Shown here: piece after piece, positions 21,265-31,718 of the stretch | How positions within the stretch are numbered: the stretch's first letter is position 1 | How the letters are laid out: each line of letters opens with the position of its first letter | Source of the DNA: Anaeromyxobacteraceae bacterium | GTDB taxonomy: Bacteria; Myxococcota; Myxococcia; Myxococcales; Anaeromyxobacteraceae | Direction of reading: 5' to 3' | DNA length: 64,000 bases | Assembly: GCA_032654565.1 (NCBI GenBank) | Contig: JAULAX010000015.1 | Coordinates: 992,001-1,056,000 of the forward strand | Notes under the pieces: model-generated | The model's database searches: none | What the model was told of the DNA's origin: nothing | What the model saw: only the letters and a program-made list of their open reading frames with translations | Program-made: the position numbers and the translations under genes

Positions 21265-23463
21265 GTGGACCGGGAGCTGCGGCGACAGGTCTGGCCCATC
21301 TTCTCGGTGGAGGCCCGCGAGCAGCTGGCGGTGATCGGCGGCGGGCTGCTGCAGCTGGAGAGCTCGCCGGAGCGGACCGCGCTGCTCGATCCGATCCGCC
21401 GCACCGCCCACAGCCTCAAGGGGGCGGCGGCCAGCCTCGGGCTCGGCGGCGTCGAGCGGCTGGCCCACGCGCTGGAGGGGGCGCTGGCCGGTTACCAGCC
21501 GGGGGAGGGGCTGGGCCCGGACCTGATGCAGGCGGCGCTCGACGCCCTGGAGGCCATCGAGGCGGCGCTGGCCGCCGGGGACGCTGGCGCCGAGCCGGAG
21601 GTGACCGGCCTGGAGCCGCTGCTCGGGGCGCTGGCGCTGGCCGCGACGGGCCGGCCCGGGGCGCCTCCACCCCCGCCGCCGTCGCCCCCGCCGCCCGTGC
21701 CACCCGGTGTCGCCGCGCCCGCCCACCCCGCCGGACCGGCCGAGGCCGCCGTGCCGTCGCAGCCGGGCGACCGCTCGGTCCGGGTGATGGCCTCGACGCT
21801 GGACGGCCTGGCCCACCGGGTCGAGCAGCTGCTGCTCGGCGACGCCCGCCAGGTGCGGCGCGCCCGCGAGGCCGGGACCCTGGAGGGGTCGGCGCGGGAG
21901 GCCATGCGCCGCCTCGACGTGGCCCTCCAGTCGCTGCGCGTGGCCGGCGCCGAGCGCGAGCGGCTGGCCATCGAGGCGGCGCTGGGGGAGCTGCGCGAGC
22001 TGGCGGGCGGGCTGCGGACCATGGCCCGCCAGGGTCACGCCGAGGCCGAGCAGCAGCGGCTCACCGGGTCGCTGCTGCGCGACGACCTGCGCGCCCTGCG
22101 CATGGTGCCGGCGGCGGCCATGCTGGAGCCGCTGCGGGTGGCGGTGCGCGAGGCCAGCGGCCGGCTGGGGCGGGCGGTGGAGCTGACGCTGCAGGGCGGC
22201 GAGGTGCGCGTCGACCGCCGGGTGGTGGACGAGCTGCGCGACCCGCTGCTCCACCTGGTGCGCAACGCCGTCGGCCATGGCCTGGAGCCGGCCGAGGCGC
22301 GGCGGGTCGCCGGCAAGCCGGCCGCCGGGCGGCTCACCGTCCGGGTGGAGCCGCGCGGCAACCGCATCGGCGTCACCGTGGAGGACGACGGCGCCGGGCT
22401 GGATCTCGCCGCCATCCGGGCGCGTGCGGCGGAGCGGGGCCTGGCCGGCGGTCACCCCGACCGCCTCTCCGACGCGGCGCTGGCCCGGCTCATCTTCGCC
22501 CCCGGCTTCTCCACGGCCCGGCAGGTGACCAGCCTCTCCGGGCGCGGCGTCGGGCTCGACGTGGTGCTGGAGGCGGTGACCCGGCTGGGCGGCGCCGTCG
22601 ACGTCCGCTCCGAGCCGGGGCAATCCACCCGCTTCGACCTCGACCTGCCGCTCACCCTCTCGGCCACCGTGGCCATCCTGCTGCGGGTGGGGGACGACCT
22701 GGCGGCGCTGCCGGCCGACGCCGTGGAGCGGGTGGTGCTGCTCTCCGACGGCGACGTCGAGGCGGCGGGGGAGGGGGCCACGGCGCGGGTGGGCGACCAG
22801 CGCCTGCCCCACGCCGGCCTGGCCACCCTGCTCGGCCTGCCCGCCCCGGCGCCGCGCGGCGCGCTGCGGTCGGCGCTGCTGCTGGCGGTGGGGCCGCGCC
22901 GCGCGGTGGTGACGCCCGACGAGGTGCTGGGCCAGCAGGAGCTGCTGGTCGGCTCGCTGGCCGGGGTGGCCGCCGGCCTGCCGCACCTGGTGGGGGCGGC
23001 GGTGCTCGACGACGGGCGCATCGTCGGGCTGCTCAACCCGGCCGAGCTGCTGCGCCGGATCCCGGCGGCGGGGCGCGGTTCCGGGCGCGCGGCGCCGCGG
23101 GTGCTGGTGGCCGACGACGCCCAGACCACCCGCTCGGCCATGAAGGGGCTGCTGGAGGCGGCCGGGTTCGAGGTGGCGGTGGCCGAGGACGGGGCCCAGG
23201 CGCTCCGGCTGGCCAGCGAGTCGCCGCCGGCGCTGGTGGTGACCGACGTGGAGATGCGCGGCGTCGGCGGGCTGGAGCTGACCCGCCGGCTCAAGGCCGA
23301 CCCGCGGCTGCGGGCGGTGCCGGTGGTGATGATCACCTCGCTGGAGTCGCCGGAGGCGCGGGCCGCCGGGCTGGCCGCCGGCGCCGACGCCTACCTGGTG
23401 AAGCGGGAGGTGGAGCGCCAGCAGCTGGTGACGCTGCTGCGCCGCCTGGTGGGGGCGGGGTGA
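21265..23463 (+). CDS. cheA: CheA-receiver hybrid kinase (FrzE/WspE-like)
   Basis: Hpt 'AHSLKG', 'HLVRNAVGHG', 'DDGAG', 'GFST', 'SGRGVGLDVV', CheW domain, C-terminal receiver. Confidence 0.9.
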   Translation: MDRELRRQVWPIFSVEAREQLAVIGGGLLQLESSPERTALLDPIRRTAHSLKGAAASLGLGGVERLAHALEGALAGYQPGEGLGPDLMQAALDALEAIEAALAAGDAGAEPEVTGLEPLLGALALAATGRPGAPPPPPPSPPPPVPPGVAAPAHPAGPAEAAVPSQPGDRSVRVMASTLDGLAHRVEQLLLGDARQVRRAREAGTLEGSAREAMRRLDVALQSLRVAGAERERLAIEAALGELRELAGGLRTMARQGHAEAEQQRLTGSLLRDDLRALRMVPAAAMLEPLRVAVREASGRLGRAVELTLQGGEVRVDRRVVDELRDPLLHLVRNAVGHGLEPAEARRVAGKPAAGRLTVRVEPRGNRIGVTVEDDGAGLDLAAIRARAAERGLAGGHPDRLSDAALARLIFAPGFSTARQVTSLSGRGVGLDVVLEAVTRLGGAVDVRSEPGQSTRFDLDLPLTLSATVAILLRVGDDLAALPADAVERVVLLSDGDVEAAGEGATARVGDQRLPHAGLATLLGLPAPAPRGALRSALLLAVGPRRAVVTPDEVLGQQELLVGSLAGVAAGLPHLVGAAVLDDGRIVGLLNPAELLRRIPAAGRGSGRAAPRVLVADDAQTTRSAMKGLLEAAGFEVAVAEDGAQALRLASESPPALVVTDVEMRGVGGLELTRRLKADPRLRAVPVVMITSLESPEARAAGLAAGADAYLVKREVERQQLVTLLRRLVGAG

Positions 23464-24278
23464 GCGCCGGGGCGAGCGGCGAGGGGCTCTCCGACGGGCT
23501 CCTGGCCGGGGTGGCCGAGGCGCTGGCCCGCTCGGTGGGGCTCTCGCTGGCCGGCGGGCTGCAGGGGCCGCTGGGACTGGCGGTGAATGAGGCGGCGCGC
23601 GAGCTGGGGCGGGCCCCGGTGGCGCTGGCGGCAGCGGTCGTGGCCGGCGACCCCGAGGCCCTCCAGGTGCTGGCCGAGCACGCCCTGGTCGGCGAGACCT
23701 CGCTCTGGCGCCACGCCGAGGGGCTGGCGGCGCTGGCCCGGGCCCTCGCCGAGCCCCCGGTGGAGCGGCCGCTCCGGCTCTGGAGCGCCGGCTGCGCCAC
23801 CGGCGAGGAGCCCTACAGCCTGGCCCTGGCCCTGCTCGACGCCGGCCGCGACCGCGAGGAGGACCGGATCCTCGGGACAGACGTCTCGGCGCGGGCGCTG
23901 GCCCTGGCCTGGGCGGGCGTCTACGGGGCGCGGGCCACGCGGAAGCTGCCGCCGGCGCTGGCGGCGCGCTGGCTCCGCCCCACCGATCACGGCGCCCAGG
24001 TCGACGGCCGGCTGGCCCGCCTCTGCCGCTTCGAGCGCCACAACCTGCTCGACCGGCCGCCCGGCGATGACTTCGACGCCGTGGTCTGCCGCAACGTCCT
24101 CATCTACTTCGATCCCGCGGTGGCGGCCTCGACGCTGGTCCGGCTGGCGGGCGCGGTGGCGCCCGGCGGCTACCTGCTGCTCGGGCCGGTGGAGCTGCCG
24201 CTGGCCGGCGGCCTCGACTTCGAGTGGGTGGAGCGCGGCGGCGCCACGCTGCTCCGGCGGCCGGTCACTGCCGGGTGA
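23460..24278 (+). CDS. cheR: CheR-type methyltransferase (copy 2)
   Basis: 'WSAGCATGEEPYS', 'CRNVLIYF'. Confidence 0.88.
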   Translation: MSAGASGEGLSDGLLAGVAEALARSVGLSLAGGLQGPLGLAVNEAARELGRAPVALAAAVVAGDPEALQVLAEHALVGETSLWRHAEGLAALARALAEPPVERPLRLWSAGCATGEEPYSLALALLDAGRDREEDRILGTDVSARALALAWAGVYGARATRKLPPALAARWLRPTDHGAQVDGRLARLCRFERHNLLDRPPGDDFDAVVCRNVLIYFDPAVAASTLVRLAGAVAPGGYLLLGPVELPLAGGLDFEWVERGGATLLRRPVTAG

Positions 24279-25230
24279 GCGGGGCGCTGGCCGAGATCGA
24301 GCGGCTGACGACCCGGGCCTGGCTGCTCGGCTGCAGGCCGTACTGGGCCCCGTCGGTCAGCACCACCACGAAGCGGGCGACCTGGTCGAAGCCCTTGCCG
24401 GGGAGGAAGGCGATGTCGCCGGCGCGGAGCGTCAGGACGTTCTCGGCCCCCTCCACCTCGAGGGCGCCGCCCAGCGCCGCGGTCACCAGGCCGGTGACCG
24501 GATCGCGGAAGCCGGCCGAGCCGCCCAGGTAGCTCCCGGCCGAGTCGTAGAACCAGGCGGCGCCGTCGTGGACGTTGGGGTCGATCACCGTGAAGCCGAG
24601 GCTGATGGTCCCGGTGGCGGCGGTGGCGGTGCCGGAGGTCCCCGGGCTGGCCCGCCGCACCATGGGCACCGAGGTGCCGGCGGGCGGGGTCCGGTCCTCC
24701 GAGTTCATGGACGGGCGGGTGGCGGTGAGCCCCCCGGGATCCGGGACGTAGGCGACGCCCCAGGCGACGGCACCGCTGGTCAGCTTGATCTCGGCGATGA
24801 GGAAGCCGATGGGCAGCAGGTTGATCTCCGGGCCGAACCAGCGGCCGTAGCCGCCGATGACCCGGCGGGCGGGATCGAAGAGCTGGGGGTCCCGGGAGAG
24901 CGTCCACCAGCTGGCGCCGTCGGGCGTGTAGACCCGCGCCCAGGCCAGGTCGGCGAAGGCCAGGTCGCCGCTGTAGTGGATCCAGAAGTCGTAGAAGGCG
25001 GTCTGGTTGTTGGCCGGCGGCGAGGACCAATAGGCGGGGGCGATGCTCTCGGAGAGCACCTCCAGGCTGGTGATGGTCAGGCCGGGGGTGGAAGGGGCGG
25101 GGGCAGGGGCGTCGCCGCCGCAGGCCAGGGCCAGCGCCAGGCCGGAGGCGACCAGGGCCCGGAGGCTGGCGGCGCCCAGGGGCGCGCGTCGGGGCGAGGG
25201 CCGGTGGGGCGGGCGGCGCGGTGGCGTCAC
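24265..25230 (-). CDS. Hypothetical lipoprotein
   Basis: Lipobox 'LALAC'; beta-rich, aromatic-rich mature part. Confidence 0.65.
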   Translation of the reverse strand: MTPPRRPPHRPSPRRAPLGAASLRALVASGLALALACGGDAPAPAPSTPGLTITSLEVLSESIAPAYWSSPPANNQTAFYDFWIHYSGDLAFADLAWARVYTPDGASWWTLSRDPQLFDPARRVIGGYGRWFGPEINLLPIGFLIAEIKLTSGAVAWGVAYVPDPGGLTATRPSMNSEDRTPPAGTSVPMVRRASPGTSGTATAATGTISLGFTVIDPNVHDGAAWFYDSAGSYLGGSAGFRDPVTGLVTAALGGALEVEGAENVLTLRAGDIAFLPGKGFDQVARFVVVLTDGAQYGLQPSSQARVVSRSISASAPLTRQ

Positions 25231-25239
25231 CTGCGCCCC

Positions 25240-25707
25240 CTACTCCACCACCAGCGCTTCGCTGACGAAGTACTCGGTCTCGCCGAAGCAGGAGGTGGGC
25301 AGCCCGAGGTGCTGCGTGTACTTGAGGGCCACCCGCTTCCCCAGCGACCTGTTCAGGTTGGCGGCCACCGCTTCGGAGCGGATGGAGAAATAGAACTTCT
25401 CCGGGATGGCGCCCGGCATGGTGACCATGGCCAGCTCCCCCTCCCACGTCTTGCAGACCCAGCCCTTCCTGGAGAACTTCTGCACGTAGCCGACCCGCTC
25501 GCCCTCGGAGTAGCTCCAGGAGAGCGCCGCCCAGGTGTAGGCGGCCAGGCCGCCGGCGGCGAGGAGGAGGACCAGCACGGTGACCACGAGGGCCTTGCCC
25601 GAGGCGGAGGTGCGCACCGGGGGAGGAGACCACGAACGGCGGCGGGGTTCCAGCGCCGCCTCCTGGGGGTCCCGACCGCCCGGGTGATCACGCGGGCGGG
25701 TTGTCAC
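25240..25707 (-). CDS. Conserved hypothetical single-TM protein
   Basis: TM then 'YSEGERVGYVQKFSRKGWVCKTWEGEL'; start uncertain. Confidence 0.7.
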   Translation of the reverse strand: MTTRPRDHPGGRDPQEAALEPRRRSWSPPPVRTSASGKALVVTVLVLLLAAGGLAAYTWAALSWSYSEGERVGYVQKFSRKGWVCKTWEGELAMVTMPGAIPEKFYFSIRSEAVAANLNRSLGKRVALKYTQHLGLPTSCFGETEYFVSEALVVE

Positions 25708-25785
25708 GTTGGCCCGGGCCCGGTCTCTTGGTAGAGACGTCGTCCGCACCGTCTCCAGCACCGAAGGTCACCCCGGAGGTCCACC

Positions 25786-27687
25786 ATGCCGCACCCCCGC
25801 TCGTTCGTCCGCCTCGCCGCGCTGGCGCTCACCCTGGCGCTGGCCGTCCCCGCCGCCGCGCTGGAGCGCCCGGAGATCCCCGAGGGGCTCACCTGGAACC
25901 TCGGCGACCTGTTCAAGACCGAGGCCGACTGGGTGAAGGCCCGGGAGGGGCTGGCGGCGCAGGTGGCCGCCCTCCCAGCCCACCAGGGCCACCTGGGCGA
26001 CTCGGCCGAGGCGCTCTACAAGGCGCTCGCCGCCAGCTCCGCCGCCGACCTGGCGCTGACCCGGCTCTACGTCTACGCCTCGGCCCGCGCCGACGAGGAC
26101 ACCCGGGCGGCCCGGCCGCGCGAGCTGAAGCAGGCCGCCCAGCGGCTGGCGGTCGAGCTGGGGACGGCCGAGAGCTGGATCCGCCCCGAGCTGCTCTCCA
26201 TCGAGGCCGCCAGGCTGCGCGGCTTCCTGGCCGCCGAGCCGCGGCTGGCCCCCTGGAAGGTGACCATCGAGGAGGTGCTCCGCTGGCAGCCGCACACCCT
26301 GCCGCTCGGCGAGGAGAAGCTGCTGGCGCAGGCCGACGACCTCAGCAACGCCGGCGTCGCCGCCTACTCGATCCTCAAGGACGCCGACCTGCCCTACCCG
26401 ACCGTGGCCCTCTCCACCGGGGCCCAGGTCCGCCTCGACTCGCAGGGCTTCGCGCTGCACCGGGCCTCCCCGGTCAAGGTCGACCGCGACCTGGCCTTCG
26501 AGAAGTTCTTCGGCGCCCTGAAGACCTACGAGCGGACCTTCGGCACCACCCTGGAGGCCCAGCTCAAGTCCCACCAGTTCACGGCCCGGTCGAGGAAGTT
26601 CGGCAGCTCGCTGGAGTCGTCGCTCTTCCGCGCCAACGTCCCCACCACCGTCTACACCCAGCTGGTGGCCGACGTTCGCCGCTCGCTGCCGACGCTGCAC
26701 CGCTACCTGAAGCTGCGCCAGCAGATGATGGGGCTGGAGAAGCTCCGCTACCAGGACCTCTACGTGCCGCTGGTGGGCAAGGTGGAGCTCACCTACACCC
26801 CGGCGCAGGCCCAGGCGCTGACGCTGGAGGCCTTCGCGCCGCTCGGCAAGGAGTACGTCGCCGCCCTGAAGACCGGCTACCAGAGCCGCTGGACCGATTA
26901 CCTCCCCACCACCGGCAAGCGCTCCGGCGCCTACTCGACCGGGGTCTACGGCGTCCACCCGTACCAGCTGCTCAACTTCAACGGCCAGTACGACGACCTC
27001 TCGACCCTGGCCCACGAGTCGGGCCACTCCATGCACACCTGGCTGGCCGCCCGGGCGCAGCCCTTCCCCACCTCCGACTACCCCACCTTCGTGGCCGAGG
27101 TGGCCTCGACGCTCAACGAGGCGCTGCTGGTCGACCACATGGTGGGCAAGGCCAAGGACGACGCCACCCGGCTGGCGCTGCTCGGCAACCGGCTCGACAC
27201 GCTGCGGACCACGCTCTTCCGCCAGACCCTGTTCGCCGAGTTCGAGCTCAAGGTCCACGAGGCGGCCGAGAAGGGCGAGCCGGTCACCGGCGAGACGCTG
27301 ACCGCGCTCTACCTGAAGATCGTCCGCGACTACTACGGCCACGCCCAGGGGATCTGCCAGGTGGACGACCTGGTCGGCATCGAGTGGGCCTTCATCCCGC
27401 ACTTCTATTACGACTTCTACGTCTTCCAGTACGCCACCAGCATCGTCGCCTCCTCCTCGCTGGCCTCGCGCATCCTCGCCGAGGGGAAGCAGGGGAAGAC
27501 CGGTGCCCGCGACGCCTACCTGGCCATGCTCTCGGCCGGCAGCTCCAGGTTCCCCATCGACCTGCTCAAGTCGGCCGGCGTCGACATGACCAGCGGGGCG
27601 CCCTTCGACGCCGCCATGAAGGAGATGAATGCCACCATGGACCAGATGGAGAAGATCCTGGCCCGGCAGGCCAAGGCGAAGAAGTAG
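25786..27687 (+). CDS. pepF: Oligoendopeptidase F (M3B) with signal peptide
   Basis: 'HESGHSMH', 'GKRSGAY', 'AEVAST.NE', 'IPHFY'. Confidence 0.92.
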   Translation: MPHPRSFVRLAALALTLALAVPAAALERPEIPEGLTWNLGDLFKTEADWVKAREGLAAQVAALPAHQGHLGDSAEALYKALAASSAADLALTRLYVYASARADEDTRAARPRELKQAAQRLAVELGTAESWIRPELLSIEAARLRGFLAAEPRLAPWKVTIEEVLRWQPHTLPLGEEKLLAQADDLSNAGVAAYSILKDADLPYPTVALSTGAQVRLDSQGFALHRASPVKVDRDLAFEKFFGALKTYERTFGTTLEAQLKSHQFTARSRKFGSSLESSLFRANVPTTVYTQLVADVRRSLPTLHRYLKLRQQMMGLEKLRYQDLYVPLVGKVELTYTPAQAQALTLEAFAPLGKEYVAALKTGYQSRWTDYLPTTGKRSGAYSTGVYGVHPYQLLNFNGQYDDLSTLAHESGHSMHTWLAARAQPFPTSDYPTFVAEVASTLNEALLVDHMVGKAKDDATRLALLGNRLDTLRTTLFRQTLFAEFELKVHEAAEKGEPVTGETLTALYLKIVRDYYGHAQGICQVDDLVGIEWAFIPHFYYDFYVFQYATSIVASSSLASRILAEGKQGKTGARDAYLAMLSAGSSRFPIDLLKSAGVDMTSGAPFDAAMKEMNATMDQMEKILARQAKAKK

Positions 27688-27756
27688 CCGGGGCTCGGCG
27701 CCGGGCCGTCCCGCCACGGCGGGTGGCCCGGCGGATCGAGGCGGCGCGCCGGCGAC

Positions 27757-28230
27757 TCAGCGGCGGGTGGGGGTGGTCCGGCGGGCCTTTCGGGCCGGGG
27801 CGGCGCGCCAGGTCCCGGTGCGGCCGCCCCGCTTCTCCAGCAGCTCGACGCGCTCCAGCACCATCCCCTGCTCGTACCGCTTCAGCATGTCGTAGGCGGT
27901 GAGGCAGGCGGCGGTGGCGGCGGTGAGCGCCTCCATCTCCACGCCGGTCCGGTCCACGGTGCGGACCGTGGCCACCGCCTCGAGGCCGGCGGCGGTGAGC
28001 CGCACCGCCACCTCCACCGCCGACAGCGAGATGGGGTGGCAGAGCGGGATCAGGTCCGGGGTCCGCTTGGCGGCCATGACACCGGCCAGCCGCGCCGCCG
28101 CCAGCACGTCCCCCTTCTCCACCTCGCCGGCCGTGACCCGGGCCCGGGTGGACTTCGACATCCGCAGCAGGGCGCGGGCCACCGCCACCCGCTCGGTGGG
28201 GGGCTTGGCGCCGACGTCGATCATCTTCAC
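27757..28230 (-). CDS. moaC: Cyclic pyranopterin monophosphate synthase
   Basis: 'LIPLCHP', 'TGVEMEAL', 'YDMLK', 'EKRGG'. Confidence 0.95.
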   Translation of the reverse strand: MKMIDVGAKPPTERVAVARALLRMSKSTRARVTAGEVEKGDVLAAARLAGVMAAKRTPDLIPLCHPISLSAVEVAVRLTAAGLEAVATVRTVDRTGVEMEALTAATAACLTAYDMLKRYEQGMVLERVELLEKRGGRTGTWRAAPARKARRTTPTRR

Positions 28231-28243
28231 GGGGAGGCTCCGC

Positions 28244-29170
28244 TCAGTGGCCGGCGAGGAACCGCTCGGCGTCGATGGCCGACATGCAGCCGGTGCCGGC
28301 GGCCGAGATGGCCTGCCGGTAGTTGGGGTCGGCCACGTCGCCGCAGGCGAAGACGCCGGGCACGCTGGTGGCGGTGGAGGGGGCCTTCACGGTGAGGTAG
28401 CCGACCTCGTTCATGTCGAGCTGCCCCTTGAAGAGGGCGGTGTTGGGCTCGTGGCCGATCCCCATGAAGAGCCCCTGCACCTTGAGCTCGCGGGTGGAGC
28501 CGTCGACGGTGCTCTTGAGCCTCAAGCCCGTGACCGCCTTGCCGTCGCCCAGCACCTCGTCGACCGCCGCGTTCCAGACCATGGAGATCTTGGGGTTCGC
28601 CCTGGCCTTCTGCTGCATGATCTTGGAGGCGCGCAGCTCGCCGCGGCGGTGGATGAGGTGGACCTTGGTGGCGAACTTGGTGAGGAAGGTGGCCTCCTCG
28701 ACGGCGGTGTCGCCGCCGCCCACCACCGCCACCTCGACGTTGCGGAAGAAGAAGCCGTCGCAGGTGGCGCAGGCCGAGACGCCGCGCCCCTGGTACTGCT
28801 TCTCCGAGGGGATATCGAGCCACTTGGCGGTGGCGCCGGTGGCGACGATGACGGCGTCGGCGGTGTACTCCTCGGCCTCGACCCAGAGCCGGAAGGGGCG
28901 CTTGGAGAGATCGACGCGGGTCACCTCGGCGGAGACGAAGCGGGTGCCGAAGCGGGTGGCCTGCTTCTTCATCTCCTCCATCAGCGCCGGCCCCATGACC
29001 CCGTCGGGGAAGCCGGGGAAGTTCTCCACCTCGCTGGTGATGGTGAGCTGGCCGCCCGGCTGGAACCCCTCGATCATGAGCGGCTGGAGCGTGGCCCGGG
29101 CCGCGTAGATGGCGGCGGTGTAGCCGGCCGGTCCGGAGCCGATGATGACGACCTTCTCGTGCTGGGCCAT
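28244..29170 (-). CDS. trxB: Thioredoxin reductase
   Basis: 'GSGPAGYTAA', 'CATCDG', 'GGGDTA.EEA', 'YRQAISAAG'. Confidence 0.97.
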   Translation of the reverse strand: MAQHEKVVIIGSGPAGYTAAIYAARATLQPLMIEGFQPGGQLTITSEVENFPGFPDGVMGPALMEEMKKQATRFGTRFVSAEVTRVDLSKRPFRLWVEAEEYTADAVIVATGATAKWLDIPSEKQYQGRGVSACATCDGFFFRNVEVAVVGGGDTAVEEATFLTKFATKVHLIHRRGELRASKIMQQKARANPKISMVWNAAVDEVLGDGKAVTGLRLKSTVDGSTRELKVQGLFMGIGHEPNTALFKGQLDMNEVGYLTVKAPSTATSVPGVFACGDVADPNYRQAISAAGTGCMSAIDAERFLAGH

Positions 29171-29272
29171 GGTGTTCCTCCCGGTGGACTGCAGCGTCAG
29201 GTTCTAGCCCCTGTGAGCCCTCCTGTCACCGGACGGTTCACGCCGCGCCCCCGTCTGGTATCGTCGCCCGGC

Positions 29273-29737
29273 ATGGATGCCGCCAGCCTGCGAGCCTGCC
29301 CGCTCTTCAAGACGCTCTCCTCCGGGCAGCTGGGCCGGATCGCGGCGGTGGCGGTGCGGCGGGAGCTGCCCGGCGGGGCCACCATCTTCGCCGAAGGGGC
29401 GAGCGGCGACGAGATGTACGTGGTCCTCTCCGGCCGGGTCCGCATCTCCAAGCGGCTGCCCGGGGTGGGCGAGGAGGCGCTGGCCATCCTCGAGCCGGGC
29501 GCCTACTTCGGCGAGATGGCCATGGTCGACGACTCTCCTCGCAGCGCCGACGCCCTGGCCCACACCAGCTGCGCCCTGGCGGTGATCAAGCGCGAGGAGC
29601 TGGAGCAGCTGATGTTCGTCGACAAGGACCTGGCCTACGTGGTGCTCTGGACCTTCGTGCGGACACTCTCGGTGCGGCTGCGCGAGATGAACGAGAAGAT
29701 CCAGGGCTTCTTCGCCATGACCGGGCCGTTCCGGTAG
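29273..29737 (+). CDS. Stand-alone cyclic-nucleotide-binding domain protein
   Basis: 'MYVVLSGRV', 'FGEMAMVD.SPRSA'; no HTH follows. Confidence 0.88.
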   Translation: MDAASLRACPLFKTLSSGQLGRIAAVAVRRELPGGATIFAEGASGDEMYVVLSGRVRISKRLPGVGEEALAILEPGAYFGEMAMVDDSPRSADALAHTSCALAVIKREELEQLMFVDKDLAYVVLWTFVRTLSVRLREMNEKIQGFFAMTGPFR

Positions 29738-29751
29738 GCGAGGCCGACCCC

Positions 29752-30333
<582 letters not shown>

Positions 30334-30344
30334 GCCATGCTAAC

Positions 30345-31718
30345 ATGACGAGAATCAAGCCCATGGACCATCCGAACTCGCCAGACCAGGCCGGGCGGGA
30401 AGGGGGGCGCGCCGGTCCGGCGCTCCCGGAGGCGGAGGGGCGGGTGCTGGGCGGCCGGTACCGGCTGCTGCGCAAGCTCGGCACCGGCGGCATGGGCTCG
30501 GTCTGGCTCTGCGAGCACGTGGCGCTGGGGCGCCGCTACGCCCTCAAGGTCCTCAACGCCGACCGGGCCGCCAACCCCGAGCTGCTGCAGCGCTTCCGCC
30601 AGGAGGCCCGCGCCGCCAGCGGCATCTCCCAGGAGAACGTGGTCGACGTCTTCGACTCCGGCGAGGACGTCGGCGGCGAGCACTACTACGTGATGGAGGT
30701 GCTGGACGGACGGAGCCTGGGGCAGGTGCTGCGCGAGGACGGGCCGCTGCCGGTGGGGCGGGCGCTGCTGCTGCTCGAGCAGGTCTGCCGGGCCCTGGCC
30801 GCCGCCCACGGGCGCGGCGTGATCCACTGCGACGTCAAGCCGGACAACGTCCTGGTGCAGCGGCTGGCCGACGGCCGCGAGCAGGCCAAGCTCATCGACT
30901 TCGGCATCTCACGCCTGCCCGGGGCCGGGCGGCTCACCGTCGACGGCGAGGTGATCGGCACGCCCGAGTACATGTCGCCGGAGCAGGCGGCCGGCGAGGC
31001 GGTGGACGCGCTCACCGACGTCTACGCCGCCGGGGTGCTGGCCTTCGAGCTGCTCACCGGGTGCTTGCCGCTGGTGGGGCCGACCGCCATCGCCACGCTG
31101 GTGGCGCACCAGACCATGACCCCTGACGCGCCCGGGCAGCGCCGGCCCGGCCTGGGGCCGGCGGTGGACCAGCTGGTGCTGCGCGCCCTGGCCAAGCACC
31201 CGGCCGACCGCTTCCCCTCGATGCAGGCCATGGCCGCCGAGGTGATGCGGGTCCGGCTCCTCTCCAGCCTGTCGGTCCCGAGCCTGCGGGCCGAGGCCTG
31301 GACCGGCCCGGTCGAGACCCTGCCGCTCCCTGCCACGCGGGCCCGGCCGGATCTCTGGGAGCCCTCGCCCCGTCCGGAGGCGCGGCCGTCGGCCTCCCCG
31401 CCGTCGCCGCGGCGCCCCGGGCGCTGGCCGGGGCTGGCCCTGGCGCTGCTGGGGATCTCCGTCGCGCTGGTGGCGGCGTTCACCGCGGTGAGCCAGTGGA
31501 CCCGCCCGGCGCCGGCCCCGGCCCCGCGGGCGGTGGAGGCGGCGACGCGGCCGATCGCCGAGGAGCCGCCCCCGCCGGTGCTCCCCCGCCCCGTCGACGA
31601 GGAGCCGCCCGCCTCGGGGCGGGAGGCCCGGCCGGCCCACCCCCGGCCGCCCGGCGAAACTCCGGCGCACGATCCCTACGCGCCTGCTGATACGCTCAAG
31701 GCCGACCCCTTCAAGTGA
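30345..31718 (+). CDS. Hanks-type Ser/Thr protein kinase with TM segment
   Basis: 'GTGGMGSV', 'ALK', 'HCDVKPDN', 'DFG', 'GTPEYMSPE'; TM near C-terminus; ends 'LKADPFK'. Confidence 0.93.
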   Translation: MTRIKPMDHPNSPDQAGREGGRAGPALPEAEGRVLGGRYRLLRKLGTGGMGSVWLCEHVALGRRYALKVLNADRAANPELLQRFRQEARAASGISQENVVDVFDSGEDVGGEHYYVMEVLDGRSLGQVLREDGPLPVGRALLLLEQVCRALAAAHGRGVIHCDVKPDNVLVQRLADGREQAKLIDFGISRLPGAGRLTVDGEVIGTPEYMSPEQAAGEAVDALTDVYAAGVLAFELLTGCLPLVGPTAIATLVAHQTMTPDAPGQRRPGLGPAVDQLVLRALAKHPADRFPSMQAMAAEVMRVRLLSSLSVPSLRAEAWTGPVETLPLPATRARPDLWEPSPRPEARPSASPPSPRRPGRWPGLALALLGISVALVAAFTAVSQWTRPAPAPAPRAVEAATRPIAEEPPPPVLPRPVDEEPPASGREARPAHPRPPGETPAHDPYAPADTLKADPFK

